In this document: one piece after another, positions 24,074 through 36,479 of the stretch
How the letters are laid out: each line of letters starts with the position of its first letter
Numbering within the stretch: position 1 is the stretch's first letter
Notes under the pieces: generated by a model
Database searches by the model: none
Told to the model about the DNA's origin: nothing
Seen by the model: the letters and a program-made list of their open reading frames with translations, nothing else
Made by a program: the position numbers and the translations under genes
Assembly: GCA_951406725.2 (NCBI GenBank)
Contig: OX597822.1
Coordinates: 92,070,001 to 92,134,000 of the forward strand
Reading direction: 5' to 3'
Length of the DNA stretch: 64,000 nt
Origin: Octopus vulgaris
Taxonomy: Eukaryota

Positions 24074-24132
24074 GCTTAACTGCCAGGCTTAAGATAGAAG
24101 ACAGATTCCTTGCAAAAGATAAAGGATTCGAG
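24074..24132 (+). CDS. Candidate 59-nt host exon of unknown gene (xLTARLKIEDRFLAKDKGFE)
   Basis: Acceptor TTTCTTTACTCTTCTCTAAG|, donor GAG|GTAATA, open frame, non-repetitive context. Protein not recognised. Confidence 0.35.
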
Positions 24133-24903
24133 GTAATAAAAGATGTAGCTGCTGAAAGAAAAAAGAAATAAGATAGAATAAAATAAAAAAACATAATGAA
24201 AATGGTGAAGTATAAAGAAAATAATGTTATATAATTATTTTAAACAGAAATTGTGTGAGGCAATAAATCAAAATGAAAGTGATCTAAATAAAGGTGTTCA
24301 TTATTTGTTTAATGCCCATTTTTTTCTTGCTAATATGGCTTGGATGGTAAATTGATTTTGAGGCAAGATTTTACAGCTAAATGCTCTTCTTGTTTTTCTC
24401 ACCTGTTTTTCAAGTAAGGGATTTTCATATTCAACAGGTCTTCACAAGTGCAGACCAAGCAGTCATAATGTCAACTAGAAATATCAGCATCAACACCACT
24501 TCACTCAAATGTCAAATCTCAACATTCATGCACATTTACAAACAAACAATCACAGGCATGTACTTACATTTACACACAACCCCCCCCACACACACACACA
24601 ATATGGGCTTAGTATGTTTTCTGTCTGTCAAATTCTCTCACAAAGCAATGGTGAACCTGAGACAATACTAAAAGAGAGATTGAACATGTGGTTATAAAGG
24701 GAATTCCTTAACCACACAACCATGACTGTCAAGTGATACATTTTGTTCTTTCAACAGATATCTAAAAAAAATATTTTCTTTAAATCTTTGAATTTTATAA
24801 AAACATTTTTAAAGATTAAAATTAAAATTTGTTTCTTGTATTCAGACAAAATATTTCCTGTTCTTTTTTAATGTTTAAATGTTGAAATATATGAGACCAT
24901 TTG

Positions 24904-25000
24904 CTTAATTTCTCTCATTCCTGTTTGTTTCAGGTAAGTTCGAATAATTGTTCGCCTGAAAATTACATTCAGTTCAATTCTCATGAAATATTCGGTAAGT
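24904..25000 (+). promoter_or_regulatory. Candidate recursive splice site (CAG|GTAAGT at 24933/24934) with 61-nt RS-exon-like segment
   Basis: Branch-like CTTAAT 24904-09, Y-tract TTCTCTCATTCCTGTTTGTTT, CAG|GTAAGT, second donor CG|GTAAGT at 24994/24995. Confidence 0.55.
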
Positions 25001-25399
25001 AATTGGTTTATTAAGATTAGAAAGCTGATGTTAAACGAATTTTGTAGCTGTAGAAATGATAAAAATAAGCACTGTGGTAGGATTGGCACTAGTAGCTGCA
25101 CATCCTCTTATAAAACAGGGATTGAAAGAATCCCTTAGGTAATTGAAAGGCCAGCATTGGAAGAAGTATAAAAGGAATAAAGTGGAGTCCAGATCTAATA
25201 TCATTTCTAACAGAGAAGAGAGAAAATATCACTTAAGTGTATCTCCAAAAAGCTCCAACTACAGCAATATTCCATACCAGGGCAAACTAATGCATGAAAA
25301 TCCCAAAACACAATAACAAACAGCTTATCAAAAACAGGTACAAAAATGACAAAATCAGCAACCACACTAACAACAGGGAGCACAAACAACAAAATTACC

Positions 25400-26620
25400 A
25401 AATGAAACTAGAAAAAATCCAGGATCATGCTGCCTACTAGAGGTGCCTCTGAGATTGGACCTAGAACAACCATGGAGAATTTGATGGAGCAGTGAACTCC
25501 AGATCCACCTTCAATGTGGTGTGACCGGAGGAAAACGCTTGAGATTATCTGACATGACATGGAGAGTGTGGTTGACATTATTGGCTTCAAATATGGAAGG
25601 CAGGAGGTCCAAATGCTTTAGCTGTAGGAACATGAACCACTTAAGGGATTTTCTGCCATTAGGTGAAGGAGAAGAATAAATGCACTCCCCACCTATTGCC
25701 AGCTTCTGTAAACTGAAAGTGGAAGCAGTGATAGTAACAACAACAATAAATGTAATAATGATTTGAGTTCATCAGTGACAGTCACACTAGTGTTCACCTC
25801 TGATCAAAAAGATATTAATGACTACCCCAGTGACTACAATACAAAAATATACAAACACAAACCATGCATCTCAACACAGAAATATACATGAACGGTACTG
25901 TAGCCCTTCTTCATCACTGACTTCTGTCTCTTTGATACTCTATCAAATAATTATCAAATGAACTGTATGGTAAACAACATGATGGCAAGGCAAAGAAGAA
26001 GAAGAAAACAGTTGTGCAATGTTGATGGCCAGAAGGTTTGATGAGACAAGCCACTAACCATTCACTTACCACCACAACCACCACCACAAAGCAACAATAA
26101 CAAAACCCACAGTCATAAAAATATAGCCAATCACAGGAAAGCTCATAAAAAATTACAACCACAGTGAAAACAACAAAAGAAAGAGCACTAACAGGAACAC
26201 AACAACAAAAATAACTGAAAAGCACACAAAACACAAACCACCACCACAGTGAAATCATCAAAAGAAACCACAACTGCAAAAGCAACACTAACTGCCAACA
26301 CAACAACCCCTCTTCCACAATTTCACTATTGTGAAAAAGCTACATGAAGGAGCTGGAATTCATAAAACAACTTATTGATAAAACACAAATAAAAGATGAA
26401 AGATTTCCTGCACACAGTTGTGTTTCTTTTTAACAAACAATGAGATATATGCATCTTTTGATCAGCCCAGTTTGGGGAGAGTGACATTGTTGTTTTGGAA
26501 AGATTTGGATCTCAAGGTGGAGACAATCTTCTTGGTAAGTTGGTCCTGCATGTGATTATCAGTGAAGGTGGACCCTTCAGACTAGTAGCGATTTTCCTCC
26601 AAATGAAGTAAGGAGTCTTA
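25400..26620 (+). mobile_element. Highly degraded L1/Tx1-like LINE (ORF1 zinc knuckle and APE piece)
   Basis: EGRRSKCFSCRNMNHLRD (CCHC-like) near 25595-25655; GKLVL..GPFRLVAIF near 26530-26600. Confidence 0.5.
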
Positions 26621-26823
26621 GACTTATTAAGGCATCAAGCATCAATTTTGAAAACATCATGGTCAGTAGTGGTAGTGAGTGATTGAAATAGCATTCATTA
26701 TAGATGAATGCTGAAATTGTACAGAAATACTTATAAGAGGGAGTGTAAAACCTAAAACCTAAACCTGCTAAGGTAGTTCCAACAGTCTGGTAGGGACCAT
26801 CTTGTGCCCAATAATTATTCATA

Positions 26824-28157
26824 CTAGCTGGCCCCGTGCCGTCAAAAATGACAGCTAATTGTAGTATTTTATATATAAATAAGGTACCAAACCAAGTTTT
26901 TAGTTTAATAATTCTTTTATTACCAAATTTTTGGAGAAAAATTTATCCGCAACTAACATCCCTTGACTGCCTGTTTCCTTCAAAAGAATTTTAAAGTTTT
27001 CCTTCCTTCTTGTACGACATAAAGCTGGCCATAACTAAATATGGAAGCTGGCAAGTAAATACCAACTTTTGCGAAGTGATGTTTCCTTTCTGTTGTGTTC
27101 TCCATTAATGAAAACAACCTAAACTCATATGATTTAAAGCCATAAAAAGCAGTCCGTGATTTATAGTTGATGTTGTAAAAACTCCCTATTCAAAATTTAT
27201 TACATACATTTCTTAATATAAATATATTAGGCACATGTATGAACTGTTAAATCTGTATTTATAATATACTTTTCAATTGCAGTCGTTTTGTATTCTTGAA
27301 ACACTCAGGCAATAATTATTTTCTCTAATGAGTTTGTATATGTTTGTGTAGATGTGTGTGATTGTAATAATTATTTGTAACACAACAAATAGAAAATGGA
27401 TGGTAATTCAAATTAATACACTTCCTAATGTTATCTAGTGGTTGTATTTTGAGATGTGACATAGATCATCGTTAATTACTGAAAGAATGCTGGTTAGTTT
27501 ATGAATAGTTATTGAAAGAACACTGGATAAAATTTCTTAATATAAATAAATGAAGGACATGTATAAACTGTTAAATTAAGATGTGTATTTATAATATACT
27601 TTTCAACTGCAGTGGTTTTGTATTCTTGAAATAATTATCTTGAAATAATTATTTTCACTAATGAGTTTGTATATGTTTGTGTAGGTGTGTGTGATTGTAA
27701 TAATTATTTTTAACAAAACAGATAGAATATGGATAGTAAATCAACTTAATACACTTGTGGCTGTCTTTTGAGATGTGACGTCAATCATCGTTTGTTACTG
27801 AAAGAATGCTGGTTCACACATACAAACATTGACATACTTTCCTTGTACACCCACACACATACTCACATGGAGTTGAAACTCTGATTTTTCTTTTCAGTCT
27901 TGAACGTTCACCATCCCTCTTCCATTGCGCGCACGCGTGCACACACACACACACAAATATTCACATGACTCCCTCTTACATACACACACATATACTCACG
28001 CAGTTGAAACGCTGTTTGATTGTTTTTTTCACCATAGAACTTCCATCATTCCACTACCAAGTTTGACATCACCCCTCCCTTCCTTATTCATCTATTACCC
28101 CTTCCTTTCTCTTTCATATGTTGTGACGGGGAAATACACGAGTATTATTATAGTAGA
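26824..28157 (-). mobile_element. Non-autonomous Helitron with intact termini
   Basis: Minus strand A|TCTACTAT..GCTGTCA-TTTT-TGACGGC hairpin (26838-55)..CTAG|T. Internal ~320-bp diverged tandem duplication. Confidence 0.88.
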
Positions 28158-29253
28158 TACTAATTTGATAGGTCGGAGAAGTAGTCACTTATAGTAAGTA
28201 CTTAGTTATGTCCCTTTGTTTATGAATTTAAATCCTGTGAAGCCTTTTCTTTGCTGTTCATCTTTCAGACGTTTTTAAATAATTACGGGTCAGAATTTGC
28301 TATCAATTTAATTGGACATGTTCTCTGTGAGAATTTCCTTAGTTTTGTGCTCAAATATGAAATTATTATGATTATAGTTTTTATTATTTTTTTGTTGAAC
28401 TCCTCCGCCCAGCTTTTCTGTTTAAAAATGCTATGGAATTGTTTTTCATTTTTAAAGGTTTACTATGAAATATTTTTCTTCTCTAAGTACTTGAAGTTGT
28501 GAACGAGTTAACTTGAAACTGAAAGCTGTTAATTCTGTAATTTAAAATAAATTCCAATAGTGTTAGTTTTGTTACGTCACTTGCATGCATGGGTGAAATT
28601 TATGTAGAAAGGTTATTATTCAAATAGGGTTAGGGATATATAGCACAAACAGTGTTTTGTGCATTGCAATAGCATGTAATAATTTTTAGCAAATTAACTA
28701 GTTAAATGATTAACTCGTATCACTGTGTACACTTAATACTGGAAGAAGAATTTTAATTAATTCGGTTAAATTTTTTCCAAAATAATCTAAACTCTGAACC
28801 TATTAGTTCAAAACTAATAAAAGGAGCAATGATGAAAATACAGATCTTTTTTCTCTGTGTGTAGGAAAGAGAAATCTAGTTGAAGGAAATCGAAAATCTT
28901 GTACTTTGGCATTTAGCATCAGAAACAAATGTCTCCACTTGTATGATGGTGACACTTATTTACAACTATTATGCAATGACGAGACAATGTGACTCATACA
29001 CACATACTAATATCATCTTTCATTTCCTGTTTACCAAGCCACTCATGAGGATTTTGACACTTACCCAAGGTGCCACACTTTGAGACTGAATCCAAAACCA
29101 CATTGTTGAGAATTAAACTTCTTAATCTCATAGCCATGCCTGTACCTATTTGGTATTTATAAAAAGGTATAAATTTCTCTAGGCCTAGTGTTGTGTTAAA
29201 ATTTTTTTTAAAAATTGCAAAAAATAAGACTCCATTATTTGAAAGGGAAAAAA

Positions 29254-32200
29254 TCATCATCATCGTTTAACGTCCGCTTTCCATGCTAGCATGGGTTGGA
29301 CGGTTCAACTGGGGTCTGGGGAGCCCGAAGGCTGCACCAGGCCAGTCAGATCTGGCAGTGTTTCTACAGCTGGATGCCGTTCCTAACGCCAACCACTCCG
29401 AGAGTGTAGTGGGTGATTTTATGTGCCACCGACACAGGTGCCAGACGAGGCTGGCGAACGGCCACGCTCGGATGGTGTTTTTATGTGCCACCGACACAGG
29501 TGCCATACGAGGCTGGCAGACGGCCACGCTTGGATGGTGTTTTTATGTGCCACCGACACAGGTGCCAGACGAGGCTGGCAGACGGCCACGCTCGGATGGT
29601 GTTTTTATGTGCCACCGACACAGGTGCCAGACGAGGCTGGCAGACGGCCACGCTTGGATGCTGTTTTTATGTGCCACCGACACAGGTGCCAGACGAGGCT
29701 GGCAGACGGCCACGCTCGGACGGTGTTTGTTACGTGCCCACAGCACGGAGGCCAGTCGATGCGGTACTGGCTACGGTCCCGTTCGGATGGTTTTCTTATG
29801 TGCCACCGGCACTGGTACCACAAGGATACAAATTCCATTGATGTTCATCTATTTTGATTTGGTTTGACTTGATTCGATTTGACTTTGATTTGATTTGCCT
29901 CAACAGGTCTTCACAAGTGTCACAAGCAGGAAGGTATGCACAGGCGGACTGACTACGTCCCAGGTAGGGGCCACGGGTTATGGCTTCACTAGTCTTGCCG
30001 GGTCTTCACACGCACAGCATACTTCCATAGGTCTCGGTCTCTAGTCATTTCCATGGTGAGACCTAACGTTCGAAGGTCGTGCTTCACCACCTCGTCCCAG
30101 GTTTTCCTGGGTCTACATCGTCGACGGCTTCCCTCAACTGCTAGGGATTGGCACTTTCTCACACACCTATCTTCATCCATTCTCGCCACATGACCATACC
30201 AGCGCAATCGTCTCTCTTGCACGCAACAACTGATGCTTCTTAGGTACAACATTTCTCTTAGGGAACTAATGCTCTGTCGAGTAAGTACACTGACATTACA
30301 CATCCATCGGAGCATACTGGCTTCATTCCTCATGAGCTTACGCATGTCCTCAGCAGTCACGGCCCATGTTTCACTGCCATGTAGCATGGCAGTTCGAACA
30401 CATGCATCATACAGTCTGCCCTTTACTCTGAGCGAGAGGCCTTTAGTCACCAGCAGAAGTAAGAGCTCCCTAAACTTTGCCCAGGCTATTCTTATTCTAG
30501 CAGTTACACTCTCAGCGCACCCACCCCCACTACTGACTTGGTCACCTAGATAACGGAAACTATCAACTACTTCTAATTTTTCCCCCTGGAAAGTGACGGA
30601 AGTTGTTTTCTGCAGATTTTCGGAGGTCAATGCTCCCGAGCATCTGCCACATATAAAAACTATCTTCCCAGTTAGCCTACCTTTGACATTGCTGCGCCTC
30701 TTATGTGTCCATAGCTTACACTGGGTACATCTTATAGAGTTTCTACCTACACCTTTTCTACGGATCGAGCAGGGCCATCTTCCTGAGGACATTTGTGGAT
30801 TGCCTACCTTTCTACTTATTAGTACTTTGGTTTTAGCTAGGTTGACTCTAAGGCCCCTCGATTCTAAACCCTCCTTCCACACCTGGAACTTCTCCTCCAG
30901 TTCTGATAGTGACTCAGCAATTAGAGCGAGGTCGTCAGCATAGAGGAGCTCCCAGGGGCAACCTGTCTTGAATTCCTCTGTTATTGCCTGGAGGACTATG
31001 ATAAATAGGAGGGGGCTGAGTACTGAACCCTGGTGGACCCCAACCTCTACTTTGAATTCTTCTGTGTACATGTTGCCAACCCTAACCTTGCTTACGGCAT
31101 CTCTGTACATAGCTTGCACAGCCCTCACCAGCCATTCATCTATCCCTAGTTTCCTCATTGACCACCAGATGAGGGATCGGGGGACCCTATCAAAGGCTTT
31201 CTCCATGTCAACGAAAGCCAGGTACAGGGGCTTATCTTTGGCTAGGTATTTCTCCTGCAGCTGCCTTACCAGGAATATAGCATCAGTGGTGCTTTTCCCT
31301 GGCACAAACCCAAACTGCATCTCATCTAAACTAACTCTCTCTCTAATTAGTTGGGCTATGACCCTCTCCGTAACCTTCATTGCCTGATCCAACAGCTTGA
31401 TACCTCTGTAATTATTTGTATCTAGGGCATCACCTTTACCTTTGTAGCAGTTGACTAGTACGCTGCTACACCAGTCATTGGGTATGACTCCTTCGTGTAT
31501 CACCTGGTTGACTATACGGGTGACTAGGCTTTAGCCGACACTGCCAGATATTTTGAGCATCTCTGCAGTAATTCCTGATGGGCCTGGGGCTTTCCCTGTC
31601 TTCATGCTTCTAATTGCCTTAGCTACCACGGAACTATCAACTCGGATAGCTGGTCCCTCTGTTGGGTCAACATTCGGCAGACTCTCCTTATCCCATTCAT
31701 TTTCTTTATTCAGCAACCTTTCATAGTGGCATCTCCAAACCTCTCTCTTTGCATCCTCATTTAGCGCAAGTGAACCATCATCCATGCGAACATGCTTCTC
31801 TCCTACCACATCACGATTCTCTCTCACACACTGCCTTGCAACACGAAATACCTCAAGTCTTTCATCCTCACGGCGCAGAACATTGGCAAATTTTTTCTTA
31901 TCCGCTTCCCCTCTGGCTAAATAAACCTGTCTCCTAGCTTCCCTTCTGGCTGTCTGATACAATTCCCTGCTACCACCGTTCTTCCAGTCCTTCCAAGCCT
32001 GTCTCTTTTGTCTAATAGCCCTGTCAACCACAGTGTTCCACCACCATGTTACTCTGGGTTGAGATGGTACTTTGCTCCATCCACAGATCTGGTCAGTGGC
32101 TGTCAGCAGATTGTCCCGTAGAAATCTCCAGTTGTCTTCCACATTAAGTGAAGCTATATCCCCTTCTATTTCGTCAAAGGCTTCGAGTAGTATGTCTCTA

Positions 32201-33073
32201 AATCTCTGTCCATTTGCAGGATCTTTAAGCTTCCAGACCCTTCTCCTCCAAGCAGGTCTTCTTCTGGGCAACCATTTAGCTCTGATCCTGAAGTCGCTAA
32301 CTACTAATCTATGTTGAGGAGTGCATTCTTCGCCTGGAAAGGTTTTGGCATTTATAATCAGCCCTCTTTCCCTTTTTCTGGCAAGGATGTAGTCAATCTG
32401 GCTGGTGTGTCTACCAGAACGGTAGGTGACTAGGTGAGAGTAGAGTTTCCTGAAGTTGGTATTGCAGACCATAAGGTCATTTGCATCGCAGAACTCCAGC
32501 AGCCTGGTTCCCTCCTCATTACGAGAGCCGAAACCGTAGCCTCCATGGAAGCCCCCGACATGCCGTCCGACATGTCCATTGAAATCACCTGCCACGAAGA
32601 GAAGGTCACTGTCATTTGTCAACGAGGTAGTTCGCAATAGGGTGTCATAGAATTGGTCTTTTTGTCCTTCCGGTAGCCCTGGTTGAGGGGCATATGCCGA
32701 GATGATGGTAACTGTCCTGTGGTGAAGGACTAATCAAATTTTAATTACTCTGTCACTTACTCTGACTACCTCAATTACCTTACCTACCCATTTCTCTGCA
32801 AGAAGTATACCCACGCCCCCGACCCCGTCAGTGTTCCCTGCCCAGAAAATCTTGTACCTGTGTTCCTTGCCTGTGAGGAGCCTAGCGGAACCTCCTCTCC
32901 ACCTTACTTCCTGGATACAACATACATCCACACGTCTCCGTTCAAGCAGCTCTACAATCTCTCCAGACCTACCTTTCAATGTGCCAACATTGAGTGTGCC
33001 AACTCTGAGGGTGTGGGAGGTGTGGTCATCTGAGACCCTGGGATGAGGGGCAGCCGTGTCATGTACCTGAAAA
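29254..33073 (-). mobile_element. Near-intact RTE LINE (family A): single APE-RT frame, 3' UTR, (GAT)n tail, 13-bp TSD
   Basis: ORFs 32734-32979, 31531-32637 and 29989-31503 share one frame, separated by only two stops. Motifs GTLNVG, CIQE, AYAPQ, GDFNGH, IDY, YADD. TSD GAAAG(G/T)GAAAAAA at 29241-53 and 33074-86. Confidence 0.97.
29417..29730. repeat. About 61-62-bp tandem repeat x5 within the RTE 3' UTR
   Basis: Unit TTTTATGTGCCACCGACACAGGTGCCAGACGAGGCTGGCAGACGGCCACGCTCGGATGGTG. Confidence 0.95.
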
Positions 33074-34714
33074 GAAAGTGAAAAAAATATCTATTTTGTG
33101 TGAAGTCAGTTTGTAAATGTTATTTCACTGTTTTAGTTTTGTTCTTGTTACTATGTACAAGCACTGAAACTATAGATTAGGTGTGCTTATCAGAATAAAC
33201 TGAAGCAGCAAAAAAGTTGTGTCTGCAAATGCTAAGTATATACTGTTATATCTGATGAACTATTGCAAGAAAATGACCTATCAAAGTACAAAAAACATAT
33301 TTTTAATTTGTTCCCTTAGTAAAATTTGGAAGTTTTGCACATTATGTAGCTTATTGGTAATTCAGAAACCCCACTGTAAGTTCAGTGGCTTGTGAGTCTT
33401 AGGACTGAAGCTAAAATAGTTGAGATATATACTACATCCATTGTGGAGTGAATGGTTACAGTGAGGAAAGCCTTACAGAGGATTGAATTCTCATTGGAGT
33501 TTATTTATTTAGGTTACTTCATTAATATGGTTGAACCAGTCCAGCCTGGTTCTATTTAAAATATTATCTTGACTAGGTTATCAAGGCCCTCACCATCAGC
33601 AAAATATTTTATTTGCAAGAGGAACTTAATATTAGTGAACAAATGTTGTGTAGAACAAGCAGACTTATGATCAAAGACATTCCACTCATAGTAACCAGAG
33701 CCATCCTGTTATTTTCTCTGGGACATTTTGTCTACATTTGATCTACATTATCTAATGTTTCCTTTTTTTAGGATAGTAGGATATGATGTGAGGTCAGTAA
33801 TCCTAGAAGTTTCCTTGTTGATTTCTACTAGTCGTTAGTGTAGAGTTGAAGTACACAACATGTAGAATATGATTTCAGCTAAATTTGTATCTCTCTGAAA
33901 ACACTTGCTACATGAACTGATGTAACTAATATGGAAACATGAGTGGCAGGCATTGCTGTATGATTAAATTTACATATAACCTACATTTAAAAAGACAGGA
34001 TTAAAATTTGAGGTATAGAAGAGATAAAGGTGACCAGAAAAGAGGTGGTAGTCGGTATGGATGTAGTGAGGTTAGTTAGAAATATTTAGACCGAAATACA
34101 TTTTATAAGTTGTAATGTTATAGGTGCTATTGTATATATGATTTTGTAGTTTCTAGCGGGTATATAATTAGTCAGGAGACTTACATACATAAAGTCATTA
34201 CAAATATAATATGATCAGTAGGGGAAAAATAGTGTAATCACTAAAATTATGATGAAGTCAAACTAACTAGGCAGGAATTACCATGGGATAGTAATTACAT
34301 ATAGCACACCACATACCATAACACATAGCTTATAACATATACAATGCAGTTTAATTCACCATATACAATAATATCCCATGATTTTATTATATTTGACGCG
34401 AGAGGGTAGGTTTATAGCGGATATGACACCAAAATTAATTTCCACCTTCAAGTTCAAGTATGGCACTTATAATTGCTATTATATATATATACAAGATAAG
34501 AAAATGGAGAAATGCATCTAAATCAAATATCAATTACCAGATAATACTCAATCACATACTTTATTAAACCACTACATAAGAGACTGTAGGGTTAAATATA
34601 AAGAGCAGAACAAATCAGTGTGCATAAAGGAATGTACATAAAAAAGTGTACATAAAAGAGTAATGTTGTATAATAAGTGGAATATATATAAAAGAGAATA
34701 TAAGTATAGATTGC

Positions 34715-34841
34715 ATCTTACAGCTGTTTCGGCCATGTAGATAAGTATGTCTCATTTTATCAATATTAGCCCTTTATGGTTGGTCAATATATAGATATAA
34801 ATGAGACATTTACAAAAATATCATAATGCCTCTTCGGAGAT
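34715..34841 (-). ncRNA. Type I hammerhead ribozyme with ~100-nt stem II (core U4C variant)
   Basis: ATCT-CCGAAGA-GGC..ATGTCTCATTT..AAATGAGACAT..GCC-GAA-ACAGCTGT-A-AGAT. Confidence 0.75.
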
Positions 34842-35275
34842 TATGTAATATAACTCAGTCTACATATATACCCACATTGGTGTGGGTGCATACCCATAAT
34901 ACAACATATACATATACATATGAGTGCATATACTCACACTCCTATACATATAAAAATATACATATACATAATGATATAAATAAATAATATAAATTAGTAA
35001 ACATATATATGTGTTTCACATTCAATGTCTTAGTTTTTCGACTTAATATTGTGATAATAAACATACACAAATTAGTACCTAGATGCAAATATACATAGTC
35101 AATTGTACATTATATTACTTCATAATAATTTCTAAAGTGTCATTAAAGTTAGCATCATTATCGTTGTCAATACCATTAATGTTATCATTATTATCATTCA
35201 TAATATTATTAATAAGGCTTACATTCGGATCCAGAGCGGTATATATGTATATCCGGGTTCCAGTTAGTAATTTTC

Positions 35276-35332
<57 letters not shown>

Positions 35333-35359
35333 AAATAAGCAACAGGATATCAAGAGGTA

Positions 35360-35447
35360 ATGTAGTGCAACCGTTTCAAGTGGCTCCATTTACTTGAACA
35401 ATACAATCATTACATCAATTTAAATGCAGGGCTATCCTCAGCTGCAT
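35360..35447 (-). ncRNA. Decayed type I hammerhead, related to the 4.3-kb family
   Basis: ATGCAG-CTGAGGA-..CATTTA..TAAATG..-GAAAC-GGTT-GCA-CTACAT. The terminus ATCAAAATAAGCAACA is shared with 4249-4264. Confidence 0.6.
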
Positions 35448-36479
35448 AAATAAATAGATTTTTTTAATCAGTTGGACACATTAATATAATTTTACTCAAA
35501 TTCTGTAATAGAGCAAGAAGAGGGAGAAAGTCCATGTTGCTACTAATATGACTCAGAATATACTATGCTTCTAAGAACTGTATGAAGTTTGTTAGGGTGG
35601 TAGTTTGTAAATGATTGTGGTTCACTTTTAATTTATTAGTCTTTTTTTTATCAGCTACCAAATCTAAGGCTAGATGACAGTGTCTGTTTAGAATGGATAG
35701 ACAGAGTGAGTTGACAGTTTATAGCTGGGTATGGTCATAAATATTGTCAGGATATAGAAAATGTATAAGTAACTGTCTATAAAAGGAGGCTGGGTAAGGG
35801 AAGACCCTAAATCAAGATGTTAATTACCGGTTAAAGGGGCAAAATGCTAATAAAACCTATGATGTTAATACAGAGGAAATTATCATGGGGTACAATGGAT
35901 GATTGTATATAAACAATATTATGTTGTATGAAGATAAAATTTACGTTTACTAAAAGTGATATTATAACCAGAATAGATAAACTGTGCATATATACCAATT
36001 TTCAACATTAGAAAGGGAAGATTACATAGAACTAGTTTAATATTCATTCCTGTGCTTAGTTATTTACTTATAAGGTGTTTTCTATAAAGATTGCTCTGGG
36101 TATTTACTTATGGAATACTGGGGCAATAAATCATATTATCTTTATATTAGTTATAAGCTAAGAATAAAAAAAAAATGGTGGGGGGGGGGAGTTGAGCACA
36201 GATACATTCACATATTTAACTATGCGCACACATGCAAATATACACAAATATTTGTACTTTATTATGGGTATGTTGTAATCAACGCTACTAGACTTAAGTA
36301 ACTAGAAAGCTTATATTTCTCTTTAAGAACATTGATAACTTGTAAGAGATAAGAGGTTAAGAGGTAAAGATATCAAAATAAGAAAACACAATAATAAGAG
36401 ATTATATATATATATATATATATATATAGCGATCAGTAATGATCTTGCACAAGTCGATTGGTCCTTCACGCACACATAC

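Noticed and set aside
29417-29730. CRISPR-like regular repeats
   Set aside because: Head-to-tail units with no unique spacers, inside a LINE 3' UTR, no cas genes, eukaryotic context.
30233-32640. Plus-strand ORFs opposite the RTE, and similar antisense ORFs elsewhere
   Set aside because: Antisense shadows of LINE coding sequence with no independent motifs.
33062-33090. Strong splice acceptor TTTTTCACTTTCTTTTCAG|GT before the AUG-less RTE ORF (minus strand)
   Set aside because: The pyrimidine tract is mostly the TSD. TCTTTTCAGGT encodes SFQV, and the 51.5-kb copy has an upstream in-frame ATG (MSVIKRSWKSFQV), so this copy is simply 5'-truncated.
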